Assembly: GCF_964194155.1 (NCBI RefSeq)
Contig: NC_135887.1
Location: 87,048,001-87,112,000, forward strand
DNA length: 64,000 bases
Origin: Cetorhinus maximus
Taxonomy: Eukaryota
Reading direction: 5' to 3'
Numbering within the stretch: the first letter of the stretch is position 1; every line of letters starts with the position of its first letter. The translations under genes and the position numbers were made by a program. Positions 49,766-63,327 of the stretch are shown here, piece after piece. The notes below the pieces were generated by a model, which had not been told where the DNA came from, searched no databases, and worked only from the letters and a program-made list of their open reading frames with translations.

Positions 49766-51324
49766 GCTTCTTTGTAAAATGCCATAAAGAAAGGGAAAAC
49801 CTCAGGTTTCCTGGTATATGTGCAATAAACACAATCTACAATCTGAGTACTTTTTCTACTCCTTTGCGGGGGGGGGGGGGGTGGTGGGGGGGGGGGGTGG
49901 TGGTGGTAGTGAGGTTTGCCAGTTAGGCTCAAATGTGCGGCCAGGTTGAGCCACCTAATGACAAGTCAGTGTGTAATGCTCAGATTTTTTTTTGGTTCTG
50001 GTTCCATTAATGTCATTAGCTATATTTTCTGTGTTACTTCTAATTCATCACCATAAATTGCTTCTATAGCCACAAGCTGTCTGTTCTTTTCTGCTTCTTC
50101 ACCTCCCACCCAAAAAGCCAGCTGTTATTGGTGATGGTGAATTTTTACTCTGACACATTTAACTGAGAATCAGACCCGTGTTTCTTTGTTCAGTAAACCT
50201 TCTGAAACAAACGCAGCTGTCGGCTATAGCTTCCTGGTGGCACACTTACCTCTGAGTCAGAAGGTTATGGATTCAAGCTTCATTCCAGACTTGAGCACTT
50301 AAATCTAGGTTGTTTCTGATGCCCAAACCAATATTTATCTCTCAAACAATATCACTAAAATGGATGAACATTGCAGTTAATTGGAACTTGTATGTGTAGC
50401 TTAGTATCCAACCTGTAGCCCCAAAATCCTCATAATTAGCCCCATGAAGCCCAGGAAACTCAACTGCTTTCACTCCAGTTTTTTATGTGCAGATTTGTCC
50501 TGTTTGAATTTTTTGAGTCTGAAGATTTGGAATGGGCTATTCTTTGTTGTGATCTTTCTGGTCAATAAATCCTAAATAAGGACACCAAGACCTGTTAGTT
50601 TCAATAATTTTAGCTGTATGTAAATTAATGAGAACATGAATTTAAACCTTATATGTGGGCCCTGAGGATTGAGGGTTCATGGCTTGTACCCATGCTGCCT
50701 GTTTAGACAAATGCCTCAATTTGTAGAACTATCATCTCAGAGTATCTGTCAAAACCATTGTCAGCCACTGAGTTGCACTGTCAGCCAATGAATTGGAGGC
50801 AGGATGGGAGTTACGCTAGAACCACAGCAAACAATGCATTTTACAACAAGAAAACTTTATTTCTTCAGTGAGGAAATTATTTGAACAGTGCATTAGAGCA
50901 GTATTAACTCAGCAGAGTCTATTCTATAAAAGTCTCTATGAAATACAACAAACAAAACCCCTCACTGGAATTATCACACCACCACCCAATAAAAGTTAGA
51001 TTATTTCTCCAGCAAAGCACAGTGACTGGAGATTGTTACAAAATACAAAATTATGTAAAATCAATCCAATCACCACAACAAGCTCCGGCATGAATAACAA
51101 GGGAATTACTTAATCATCTTCACCCAGAATGGGAACAATGACATGACTAAAAGGCAGTTGTTCCACTCCCATTCTTTCTTGTATGTTCTCCCTCTCTCCT
51201 CCTGTGTCTCTTTGCCTTGCCCATGTTGCACTCTGTCATCAGTCCCCTGTTGTGCTCTGCCCTTGGCCCCCTCTGCCAACGGTTCCAAGTCCCTGCCCCT
51301 CTCCTGGACCAACCACCCAGAAAT

Positions 51325-52655
51325 GATGTAGGCACCCGATATTATAATTACACAGCCAGCTCAGTCGACCCTGCAAACTCCTTACTAACATTTACGGACA
51401 TGCTAAATTTGGGAAAGCTGCCCCATAGATTCACCGAGCAATAGCCTGGCATAGTCGCACTCATCAAATCGTACCTTACAGCTAAGGTCCAAACTCCGCT
51501 ATCACCATTCCTAGGTATGTCCCACCTGAGGTGGCGGCACTGTGGCATACAGTTGGGAGTGAGTGGCCCTAGGAGCCCTCAGCATTGATCCAGATCTCAT
51601 GAAGTCTCATGGCGTGAGGTCAAACATAGACAAGGAAACCTCCTGCTGATTTCCACCTACAGACCTCCCTCAGCTGAAGAGTCAATGCTTCTCCATGTTG
51701 AACATCACTTGGAAGAAGCACTGAGGGCAACGAGGGCACAGAATATACCCTTGGTGGGATACTTCAATATCCATCACCAAGAGAGACTCGGTAGCACCAC
51801 TCCTGATTGAGTCCTGAAGGACATACCTGCCAGACTGGGCTTGCGGCAGGTGTTGCGAGAACAACACGGGGGAAAAACAAACTTGACCTTACTCTCACCA
51901 GTCTACTTGTTAAAGATCCATCTGCCCATCACAGTGTTAGTAGGGTGACCATTGCACAGTCCTTTGAAGAACAAATCTTGCCTTCACACCAAGGATACCC
52001 TCCGTTGTGTTCTTTCTACCACTGTGCTAAATGGAATAAATTCAGAACAGATCTAGCAGCTCCAAACAGGGCATTCTTGAGGCATTGTGGACCATCAGCA
52101 GCAACAGAACAGAGTAATTTTCTTTCTTTTTATGGTTATTCATTTCATATGCTATTATTTAAGTGAATGAGCTCTGTACCTAAAATGAATTTTATGGACA
52201 AAATGTGAAATTGAATTGTTGTACTCCACATTTGTAACCTCATGCTCTGACATATCCCTCACTCAGTTAAATACCATTAAGCCAGGGAATCAACCCCTAG
52301 TTCAAAGAGGAGTGTAGGACAGCATGCCAGGAGCAGCACCAAGCATACGTAAAAATGAGGCGCCAACCTAGTGAAGCTACAGAAGAACTACATGCATGCT
52401 AAACAGCAGAAGCAGCATGCTCTCAGACAGAGCTCAGTGATCCCATAACCAATGGACCAGATCAAAGCTCTGCAGCCCTGTCACTTCCAGTCAAGAATGG
52501 TGGTGGTGAAAGAAGAGGCTTCATGAATGTCCCTATCCTCAATGATGGTGGAGCCTAGCAGTGAGTGCAAAAGACAAGACTGGGGCATTTGCAACCATCT
52601 TCAACCAGAAATGGTGAGTGGATGATCTATCTTGGCCTCCTCCTGAGGTCCAATG
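51325..52655 (+). mobile_element. Family-B LINE endonuclease and linker region, decayed
   Basis: Homologous to 63610-64000. APE-like motifs LLISTYRPPS, VGYFNIHH and KNKLDLTLT. Confidence 0.75.
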
Positions 52656-53662
52656 CTTTCCTGCCCAATCTGTCGATCCTTGTAAACTTCAGCTCATCCA
52701 AAATTTCCTTGCCTATATCTTTCACCATTTGCCCATCACCCCTGTATTTGCCAATTGACATTAGCTTCAGCTCCCCCAGCTCCAGAATTTAAAATTCTCA
52801 CCCTTGTTTTTAAGTATCTTCCTGGCCTTACCCCCTCATTTTTCTGCACCATTGGTGGCAGTGCTTTCATTGACCCATCTAAGTCCATATAAAATATATT
52901 TTAGGGGATCCACGAGCATGACCTGCAGAATGACAACTCCCTGTGCTTTAAATCCTATAATTCTAGGAACAATTTTACTTATATGTAATCACATTTACAA
53001 AGAAGTTGACAATATTTGTCAAGCAGGGCCTTCCCTCCTAAATCCATGATAAACAGCATTGTTTTAGTGGATAAATACACCATATGTTCAGAGAATTATT
53101 GAATAGTACTAGACAGAAAGCAGCTATTCATCCCATCGAGTCTGAGCCAGCTCTTTCAAAGAGTATTCCAGTTAGCTCTGTTTCTCTGCTAATTCTTACA
53201 GTTGTAGGTTTAATCCCTGATAAATTAGCTGATTTCACCTTGGGCAACATTAGAATAATACAAATAGACCCAGTAGTCTGAGAGAGCAGGGTAATCAGTT
53301 GTTTTTCACTATCTAGTGACTCCTTTTGGAAAGTGTATGTGTGGCTGTCAGGTGAGGAGAGAGTTTTGGTTAGCTGTGATGCGCTCACAAGAATGATTAC
53401 TTGGGTTTAGTTTCAGAGGGCCTCCTGTGCCATTAGAAACATACCTCAGTATGATTTGGCACCTTCAAGAGGGAAGACAAGGGCATGGTGGGGTTATGGC
53501 AAACTCCAACAAAAGTACACTGTAGGTGCTGAGGATTAGATAGCTACTATAGCATATAGTTTTAAAATGCATCATGATTATAGTTAACCTCACCCCCACC
53601 CCCATCAAATTTTTCATTGAGGAAGACACTGTCCTAAATAAAATGTGTGGGTTCTCTTTCAG

Positions 53663-53872
53663 GAGACTGATTATACTACAAACGATCAAGTTGACCTTTA
53701 TGATGATGTAATAGCAGCTGCTGATGGTAATAACCAAGAAGATCAAAGTTTTGATGAGATATTACCACGGACTCCTGGTGATCAACAGAAAACTGACAAT
53801 AGCGCCAGGCCGACCATAGTCTACACATACGGAGGCAAGCGGCAAGCTGTGTATGTAGGAAACCTGACATGG
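53663..53872 (+). CDS. CPSF7: CPSF7 coding exon 2 (210 nt)
   Basis: Acceptor ttctctttcag|; encodes ETDYTTNDQVDLYDDVIAAADGNNQEDQSFDEILPRTPGDQQKTDNSARPTIVYTYGGKRQAVYVGNLTW; donor |gtgagt. Confidence 0.93.
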
Positions 53873-54686
53873 GTGAGTGAATCTATACCTGGTTAGCTTG
53901 ACTCCGATGTACAAAACCTTATGTCCAATGATGGCAACTGTATTTGGACACACCGAAAAGTTTTCAAGAGGCCTGGTGGGGACAACCTGTCATGTTATTT
54001 TTCTGCCTTTTTCCCTCTATTCCTGAGCTTATTGGCTAAACAATTCAACTTCGATGTGTTTGGCCTGCTTTGGGAAACGGACTAAACGTAGCTTTTGTCA
54101 GTTCTCCTTATTGTTGGAGAGGAATGAATCTTGCCAGTATTGCCTCTAAGTTGTGTCTGTTTTACACTAATTACAAGTGAAGTTGTTTGCTCATCCTCAC
54201 ATTACAGAAAGGCTTCGCTTACTGAGAATTATGGGTAGATTTTGCTTTTCGTGGAATTAATTCTGCCAAATGCTTATAAACAAACAAAAATAATGGATGG
54301 GAAAAGACCAAATGTTCCACTGAGGCTGTCATGTATCATCATTGTGCAACTTAACACCATGGTCCCTGTTGCTACCACCCATCAACAGCATTGTAATCTA
54401 CTCGGACAGGAAAGAAACAGAGGAAACGACCCTGGAGCTAAAAACTCATGAGAAATTCCTGTCCAACCCCGAAGGTAATCAAACAAGTTCCAAGAAATCA
54501 CAGCATGAACTAGCAGGTCATTTCAAAGATCAATGACTCTGCAAAAAGAAAGCCTCCTGATATCCAACTTATATCAATATCCACATGTCCTCCTTAACCT
54601 ATCTAATTCAAATAGCAGATCCACATGGACCAGATCTAATCCTTTCACCATTTTAAAAGATCTTAAACAATCTCCTCAAATATATT

Positions 54687-54890
54687 AAAAGAAAAACACA
54701 GCGGATGCTGGAAATCTGAAATAGAAACAGAAAATGCTGGAAAAACTCAACAGGTCTGACAGCATCTATGGAGAGAGAAACAGAGTTAACGTTTCAAGTC
54801 TGTATGACTCTTCCTCAGAGCTGTGAAGAAGGGTTGTACAAACTCGAAATGTTAACTCTGTTTCTCTCTCCACAGATGGCTGTCAGACCT
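54687..54890. mobile_element. Palindromic Penelope terminal-repeat dimer
   Basis: aggtctgacagcatct..gagagagaaacagagttaac / gttaactctgtttctctctc..gtcagacct inverted arms, inserted in a decayed antisense CR1. Confidence 0.7.
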
Positions 54891-55169
54891 CCTCGAAGTA
54901 TGTGCTTTAGAGTAATAATAGCCTGCTCTCTAAGCCTATCTTGGTAATTAAGAGAATTTAAACTGGACCAATCTAGTCGTCATCCTCTGTCCTTTTCTAG
55001 GACCTCTACTTCACTTAGCATGTATAGGGATCAAACTGGACATGGTATTCTAAATGAGGCCTTACGAAGGACATATAAAAATACAGTTTTTTTTTTGTTT
55101 GGTTTTGGATTGGCTTCATACTGCAACCTGGTTATTCAATCATTTTTGCTATAACCTGCATCTTTTTAA

Positions 55170-55680
55170 AATTTATTCTTTCATGGAATGTGGGCATCAC
55201 TAGCTAGGCCAGCGTCTATTGCCCATTCCTAGTTACTTTTGAGAAGATGGTGGTGAGCCACCTTCTTGAACCGCTACTGTCCATGCGGTGTAGATACACC
55301 CACTGTGCTGTTAGGAAAGGAGTTCCAGGATTTTAACCCAGTGACAGTGAAGGAACAGTGATATATTTCTAAGCCAGGATGGTTTGTGGCATGGAGGGGA
55401 TATTGTGGGTGGTGGTGTTCCTAAACATCTGTTGCTCTTGTCCTTTGAGGTTTTAGAAGTTGTGGGTTTGGAAGGAGCTGTCGAAGGAGCCTTGGTGAGT
55501 TTCTGCAGTGCACCTTGTGGATGGTACACACTGCTACCACTATGCGTCGGTGGTGGAGGGAGTGAATGTTTAAGGTGATGGATGGTGTGCTACTCATTCG
55601 GGCTGCTTTTCCTGGATGGTGTTGAGCTTCTTGAGTGTTGTTGGAGCTGCAGTCATCCAGGCTAGTGCACTCATCCAGGC
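55170..55680 (-). mobile_element. Family-B LINE 3' end, antisense
   Basis: LNIHSLHHRRIVVAVCTIHKVHCRNSPRLLRQLLP plus the shared tail. Confidence 0.8.
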
Positions 55681-56669
55681 CTGTTGTCAATCTTATGAGA
55701 TACTGTAACACCTGGATCTTTATCCCACTGAATGGTCTTAAGTTCACAACCTCGCATTGTATGTACATGTTTGGCATTACCCTACCTATGTGCATGAGAC
55801 TACATTTATCGATTTATATATGTTCCAGGTTTCTATATTAAATGACATCTGGCAACTGAAGGTCTGTTTCCCCCATCACACCTAGATATGCTTGTAATCC
55901 TTTTTTCTCATCTAAGGTCCTAAGGCAAAACTGCCAATTGAATCACTAGTGGATCTTGTGTTACCTGGCGCTTTCTTCCAGACTATTGGTAAATATGAAA
56001 ATTAGTGGCCCTAACACAATTCCTGAGGGACTTCACTAGTCACCAGTCCACATGCAGAACCATTACCATTAATAACAACTTCCTGCCTACTAATATAAAA
56101 CCAATTCTTCAGCTATTCCATGATCTGCCCACTACTCCCAGAGGATTAACCTTTTTTAGTGGGTTATTGTGTGGCATCTTAACATATGCTTTTTTAAAAT
56201 CCACGTATGAAGTGTCAACCAGGCTATCTACCTCCACCAACCGAGTAACCTGTTCCCAAAATTCAACTAAATTGAAATGACATTTCCTTCTTTTTCAGGT
56301 GCCACATTGAAAGTCTCTTATAGTTCCTTCTCTGTCTAGGTGGGCATACGGAATTTGTGTGATGTCTTGTCGCAAAGAGACTCTTTGACCAAGAATTGAA
56401 AGGCCTGATTTCAGACTGTGTTGTGATTTTGTTTGGCAATATGATAGGAAAGTCCTATTTTTGATTGCTATCCTTACAGGAGAGGGACTTGCCAATAATG
56501 TACCTTTTGAAAAGTTGTCCCAGTGGTCCTTGAACGTAGTTGGTCAAGGGACCCTTTTTCAAATGGATTAGCCATAATGGACCCCATCTAAATTATTATA
56601 CTGTATAATACTTATAATATGAACGTGATGCATGTAAAGACTGTTTTAAAAATGCTTTTAAGGAAACAG

Positions 56670-58890
56670 TGAGATGAGTGGACCTGCTACCCATTGAGTT
56701 TGCAACCATCTTCAACCAGAAGTGTTGAGTGGATGATCCACCTCGGCCTCCTCCTGAGGTTTCCAACATTAGAGCTACCAGTCTTCAGCCAATTTGATTC
56801 ACTCCATGTGATATCAAGAAATGGCTGTGCGCACTGGATACAGCAATGGCTATGGGCTCTGACAGCACTCCAGATGTAGTGTTGAAGACTTGTGCTTCAG
56901 AACTAGCTGTGCCCATAACCAAGCTGTGCCAATACAGCTACAACACTGGCAGTACCTGACAAAATGGAAAATTGCCCAGGTCTGTTTTGTCTATAAAAAG
57001 TAGACAAAAGGAGACCAATTAACACTATCAGTATTCTCTCAATCATCAGTAAAGTGATGGAAGGTGTCGTCGATAGTGCTATCAAGTGGAACTTAATTAT
57101 CAATAACCTATGCTTAGTTTGGGTTCCACCAGGATCACTTGGTTTCAGACCTTGGATCCAAACATGGACAAAAGATCCTAATTCCAGAGCTGAGGTGAAA
57201 TTTACTGTCCTTGACATCTAGGCAGAGTTTGACTGCATGTGGCATCAGGGAGCCCTAGCAAAATTAAAATCATTGGGAATCAGGGAAAAAGACCACTAGT
57301 TGAAAGTAATAAGAAATAAGTTTGCTGATGATAGAAAATTGGATGGGAAAGTAAGTGGCGAAAAGGGCACAAAAAGGCTATAAAGGGTTGGGTGAGTGGG
57401 CAAGAACAAGGCAGATGGAATTCAATGTGGTGAAGTATGAAGTTATCCACATTGGTGGACAAATAAAAAAGCAGAGTTTTTTTGAATGGTGAGAGATTGG
57501 GAAATGTTTGCATTCAGACGGACCTGAGTGTCATTGTACATGAGCCTCTCAGTTAACATGCAGGTACAGCAAGCAATTAGGAAAGCAAATGATATGTTAG
57601 CAAAGGCATTGGAGTATAAGAATAAAAACCTGGAGTACTCTCTTTGCAGTTTTGATTTCCTTACCTAAGGAAGGACATACTTGCCCAAGAAGGGGTGAAA
57701 CAAAGGTTCATTAGACTGCTTCCTGAGATGAGGAGAGGTTGAGTAAACTAGGCCTATGTTTCCGGGAGTTTAGAAGATTGAGAGGCGATCTAATTGAAAC
57801 AAATAAAACTCTTAAGGGGCTCGACAAGGTAGATGCTGAGAAAATATTTCCTCAGGCTGGGGAATCTCGAACAAAGGTGTCACAGTCTCAGAATAAGAGG
57901 TCAGCCGTTTAGGACTGGGATGAGGAGAAATTTCTTCACTCAATGGGTTGTGAATCTTTGGAATTATCTAGCTCCAGAGAGCTGTGAATGCTCAGTCATT
58001 GAGTATATTCAAGACAGGTGGATAGATTTTTGGGTATTAAGTGAGTTTGGCGAAATGGGGATAGCACAGGAAGATGTTGTTGAAGTAGAAGATCAGCCTG
58101 CTCCTATTTCTTATATTCTTGTATCTAGTACAAAAGAAGATGGTTGTAGTTAATGGAGGCCAATCATTCAGCCCCAGGACGTCATTACAAGAGTTCCTCA
58201 GGGCAGTGTCCTAGACCCAGTAATTTTCAGCTGCTTCATCAATGATCTTCCCTCTATCATAAGTTCAGAAGTAGAGATGTTCGGTGATGATTGCACAAAG
58301 TTCAGTTCCATTTGCAGCTCCTCAGCTAATGAAGCAGTCTTTACCTGCATGCAACAAGACCTGGAAAACTCTCAGGCTTGGGCTGACAAATGGCAAGTAA
58401 CATTTGTGCCACACTAGTGCCAGGCAATGACCATCTCCTACAAAAGAGAATGTAATAACCTCCTCTTGATATTCAACAACGTCCACCACCTTGAACATTC
58501 ACTCTCTTCAGCACCAGCACACCTTGGCAGCTGTATGTACCATCTACAAAGAGCACTGCAGTACCTTGCCAAGGTACCTTTGACAGTATTTTCCAAACCC
58601 TTGACCTCTACCATTTAGAAGAACATGGGCAGCAGGTGCACGGGAACACTGCCACCTGCAAGTTCCCCTCCAGGTCACACCCCATCCTGACATGGAACTT
58701 TATCACTGTTCCTTCACTGTTACTAGTCAAAATCCTGGAACTCCCTCCCAAACAGCACTGTGGATGTATCTGCACCACATGGACTGCAATGGTTCAATAA
58801 GGCAGCTGACCATCACCTTCTCAAGGACAATTAGGAATGGGTAATAATTGTGCTCATTGCTAGTGACATTCGTGAATGTATATAAGAAAA
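56670..58890 (+). mobile_element. Family-B LINE RT region and 3' end, split by a CR1 insertion (~57290-58125)
   Basis: ISILSIISKVMEGVV and VLDI..FDCMWH before the insertion; VPQGSVL..FSCFINDLP, MFGDDC and WADKWQVTF after it; shared tail near 58820. Confidence 0.8.
57290..58125 (+). mobile_element. CR1 3' fragment nested in the family-B LINE
   Basis: KFADD.KL, ..RGDLIE.. and HSLRIRGQPFRTGMRRNFFTQWVVNLWN. Confidence 0.8.
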
Positions 58891-59270
58891 AGTCTTTCTA
58901 TCATTGGGCGCTCCCCCCGCAAGATGAGATAGCCAGCCGACTCTGTGCTGCACTTTTGGCAGCCGTGTTTTATTCCCACCTCCCGGATTACATTTTTTGT
59001 TATTTTGTGGACTTCCTGGAAAGTCTTTTTAGACTCCAGTTTGTGAACAGTAATGTCAGGAAATAATGTAGCCATTTCACACACAGCAAGGTTTTAGAAC
59101 AGCTGTGAAGCATGTGACTGAAGAATCTCTTTTTGTTTAAGGAATAAATATTAGCCAAGCCGGGACACTAAAAGAAGTTAAAAGCAAAATACTGTGGATG
59201 CTGGAAATCTGAAACAAAAACAAAAATAGCTGGAAAAACTCAGCAGGTCTGACAGCATTGTGGAGAGGAA

Positions 59271-59310
59271 GACAGAGTTAACATTTCGAGTCCGTATGAC
59301 TCTTCATCAG
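59271..59310 (-). ncRNA. Minimal hammerhead-ribozyme-like motif in a Penelope terminal repeat (59178-59312)
   Basis: Minus strand CTGATGA-A-GAGTC-ATACG-GACTC-GAAA-T-GTTAAC-TCT-GTC: conserved core boxes, a perfect 5-bp stem II and palindromic GTTAAC. Confidence 0.55.
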
Positions 59311-59809
59311 AAAAGAAGTTCCCTGGTCATCTCTAAACAGTGGCACAGAAACATCTGGGTCCATTTGAGGGGGCAGGCGAGACCTCAGTTTAATTCTCAT
59401 CCGAAACCAAAACCTGCATTTGTGGACCTGCCCAAACTGTGATTTCAACTGGGATAAAGGTGGAATCCCTAACTGGTAATGTTATTGTGTGGCTGGCACC
59501 TGGACTCAGGCTTGGTGTGCAAGGAAAATTTACATGAATATCAGGAAAATGGTGTTGGAAACTGAGGGAGAAAGTAGTAAAAAGAAAAGAAAATGTGTTA
59601 CATAAACATTAAAAAAGGGGGGAAACCAAGAATTTGTGTTCAAGGCAAAATTAAAACCAAAAGGCAAGAAAATATGGCTGGGATTTTCCCCTTGTGCACT
59701 TGGCCTCATTTGTTTCAATGGACAGAAAAATCATAGGCTGGTGAGCATGTAAATGGAAAACCATCTTGGGTGTCTGTTGTGTACCAAGGTTTTAAAAAAA
59801 GCGGGTGAG

Positions 59810-60570
59810 AGCTGGTATAGGCCATGGAGCCCCTGAGTCTGCTCTGACATTCAGTGAGATCATGACTAAAATTTTACATCTACTCTACTTTCCCACCCTA
59901 TCCCCATATCCCTTGATTCCTTTTGTGCCCACAAATTTGTTGATCTCAGTCCTGAATTTACCCATTGACTTAGCATCCACAGTCTTCTGAGGTAGAGAAT
60001 TCCAAAGATTCACAACGTTTGAGTGAAGAAATGTTCTCTTCATCTTAGATCTAAATGGCCAACCCCTTATCCTGAGTCCATGACCCCTAATCTATACTCT
60101 CCAGGGAAATAGCCTCTCAGCATCTACCCTGTCAAGGCCTGTATATACTTCAACGAGATCAACTCTATTCTCTGGAGTTTAGAAGATTATAGGCCCAATG
60201 TCAATGTCTCTTCATAGGACAGCCTCTTATATCAGGAATCAATCTGGTGAACTTTGTTGTATACCCTTTAAGACAAATATATCCTTCCTTGGGTAGGGAG
60301 ACCAAAACTGTAGAAACACAGTACTGCAGGTGTGATCTCAATCAAGACTTCCTTGCTGTTATACCCAAACCCCTAAAGGTTACATTACATTTCCCTTCCT
60401 AATTCTTGCTGTACCTGCATGTTAACTTCCTGTGATTCATGTACAAGTACCCTCAAATGCTCTGAATACCAACACTTACTAGCCTCTCAGCTTTAAAAAA
60501 TATCCTGCTTTTCCATTCTCTCTACCAAGTGCCTAATTTCACACATTCCCATATTGTACTCCATCTGCAA
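59810..60570 (-). mobile_element. CR1 3' fragment, antisense
   Basis: Homologous to 670-1600 (for example ggtagagaattccaaagattcacaa..gagtgaagaaat and ggagaccaaaactg). Confidence 0.8.
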
Positions 60571-60695
60571 CTAAATTGATCAGTGGGATTATGACGATCT
60601 TGGAAACATTTACACCGGAGGAAAGAAGGATTAGAGCTGACTTTATAAATGTAACCAAGATCTTAATGTGTATGGACAAGATAAATATCAATATA

Positions 60696-61224
60696 CAGGT
60701 ATCCCCTGTTTAGTGCACATTCGAATAACACGTTTTCATCTTACACTGGTTTTAAAAATAGGGAACTTTCCCAAAAACGCTGTTCGCCATAACCTCCATT
60801 TTCACTCGAGCTCGGTTGTGGTGCGTGCGTCAAGAACCACGTTGGTCAGTTATTGCTGCACGTGTGTTAGAAACAGTCATTCATTACTGCGCATGTGTCA
60901 AGAAGAGCGCCAATACTGTATTCAGTAAAAACACTAGTTGGAAACATTGTTCTCTGGAAGATTGTGCATTACCAGTGCATTATTTCACTTATTTAATACT
61001 TATTTAAACATTCTTTGAAAATTGTGCATCTAGCTGTGCTGGAGTGTAAGTGTTCTGTATAAAATACATGAAATTAATACATAAAATTAGGCTTTTAATC
61101 TAAAAATTACCAGTCAGAAATGTAACCTACCATTATTACATGCTTTCTTATGGGAACGTGATTTTTGTTTAGCATGTTTTCATGTAGCACACCGTTTTTC
61201 GGAGTGCTAAACAAGGGATAGCTC
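60696..61224. mobile_element. Non-autonomous pogo/Tigger-like MITE (~530 bp)
   Basis: TA|caggtatcccctgtttag ... ctaaacaagggatagctc|TA: imperfect TIRs with TA flanks. Confidence 0.65.
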
Positions 61225-61633
61225 TATTTCATCTTGCTACTGATTATACAACAGGAGAATGAAAGGAAAATTTATTACTAACAACGCAAGAACTTGATGA
61301 ATGTATGCAATGTACTGCTAAGGCAGGTACTGGGAGCATTAATACTGGGAGCACAACAACAATAATAATGCACTAGTAAGTCAACAAATACTGAAATCTG
61401 CTGCTGATCCTGGTGACCCCAAGGATTGTCTTCAAGAACCACCCCTCCGCCACCAATTTATACAAAAAAACTAAGCATGAGTTTGCACTTCAAATGCTGT
61501 GATGTATACAGTCAGTAAAAATGGCACCACTTATGGATTTGAAAGCAAGTTGTTGGGGAATTAAAAGTCTGATGCTTTTGCTCGTCTAAATTTGCTAGTG
61601 ACTTTCTTACCCCTTCGGTTTTGTTTCATTCAG

Positions 61634-61737
61634 TGGACGACAGACCAGGACGTGGCTGATGCTGTCCATTCAGTTGGTGTGCAGGACCTGTTGGAAATCA
61701 AGTTCTATGAAAACAGGGCCAATGGACAGTCTAAAGG
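61634..61737 (+). CDS. CPSF7: CPSF7 coding exon 3 (104 nt, RRM); the gene continues beyond the window
   Basis: Acceptor ttttgtttcattcag|; encodes [35 protein letters not shown]; donor |gtgagt. Confidence 0.95.
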
Positions 61738-63327
61738 GTGAGTGTATATGAAAATTCAACTGAGCTAATGGGATACAATTAGCTCACATATCAATTTCCC
61801 CTTGATGTGCTAAAAATAAAAGAAAACCGTTCATTTATGTAGCATCTGATTATTTCTCCCAGAATGTCTCAGTGCTTTTAATGCAATGAACCAAATTTGA
61901 AACACATGACTTTTATGATGTAAACAAATGTACCAACCATTTTCCACACAACAAGATCGACTGATAAAATCAGCAAGCGGTTAATCTGGTTTTGGTGAGA
62001 GGGAGATGTTGCTCAGGACACAAGAATTGCAGCTGTTAACTTAAATGGGGCAGTGCAATCACAAGCAGACAGCACCTTGGATAATGCAGCAGTATTGAGG
62101 TGGAATGTCAGCTGCAGTGTACATCAGTGTTATTTACAAACTGAAATCCTGAACTTTTGACTGTTAAGTCAAGATGACACTAGAATAAATGTTTATAAAT
62201 GACGGCTGGAAATCAAACCCAGGTCAACTATTTGGAAGGCTTGTACACAGACTATATCAGCATCTGAGTCCTCCAGGTATGGCACTAGATGTGCCACTTT
62301 TGAGTTATTCAAACCGTGTAAAGAAATACTTGGATTTACTTTTGATGTAAGAATGGTTTTGGACAAGGAGTTATGATTTAACTTTAACATTCTTTTGTTT
62401 ATAGTATAGTACTGTTTAGTTTAAATCAGGTGCTAGTGATATGGGAAGCTGGCTGAAAGAACCCCAGACTTGGGCAGAAGGCAGCTAGGTTGTAGCCCAT
62501 AAATTAAACTCCACTAATGCACTGTATCTCAGGGGTTCTAGACTTCTGACTAAATTACTTTATCCCTTTCCACCAGCAGATTGAAAATCCATCCCTTTCA
62601 ACTGTATGATGATTGTTTCCTCCTATTGTTGAGCTTGCTATCTTCTCCCACCTAAATTTTCTTATTGACACCATGTTTCAGATAAATATATGCAAACCAA
62701 GGATAACACTCTGGTGCTGCTACTAAAGTTCAGATGACTATAATGATGTGTGTGGGAAATTTTCATCCTATCTTCTGTAGAACTACAAAAACATCCAGTG
62801 GTACAATTATAGATTCGACCTTCGAAATATAGGTTGAGCAGCAGAGGTATATATAACATTTATAAATCACTTTGAACACAATATTGTCTAATGTTTTAAG
62901 TTGCATATTACACCAAACTGGGTTTAGTGGTCAGTGATACTAACAAATGTGTTAACCAATCCAAAAGGAAATGGATAAGCCAAGATAGAGGGCAGAGAAA
63001 TGGCAGATTGAATCCAACACATATCAAAGACATTAGTTTAAGACCTGCATTTATAGAGCACTTCTCACAGTCTCAGGATATCCCAAAGCATATCATGGCC
63101 CTTACATTACTTTTTTTGATATGTAGTCACTCTCATGCAGGCAAAATTTGACAGAAGGAACAAGAATGTGAATTACACATTAAATGTCATTGTGCTTGAG
63201 ATAACTGCAGAAGAGAGTCTGGGCTTTGGTGGATAGATCATTAAAATTATTGTTTTGTGTTCATATATCATTGAGAAAGCAGATACAATGTTTGATATAT
63301 TTCTGAATGTGATTTATAAGTCAAGGA

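Noticed and set aside
49603-49932. ORF with poly-His/poly-Pro
   Set aside because: Product of a G-rich low-complexity tract (49867-49910) plus an antisense SINE.
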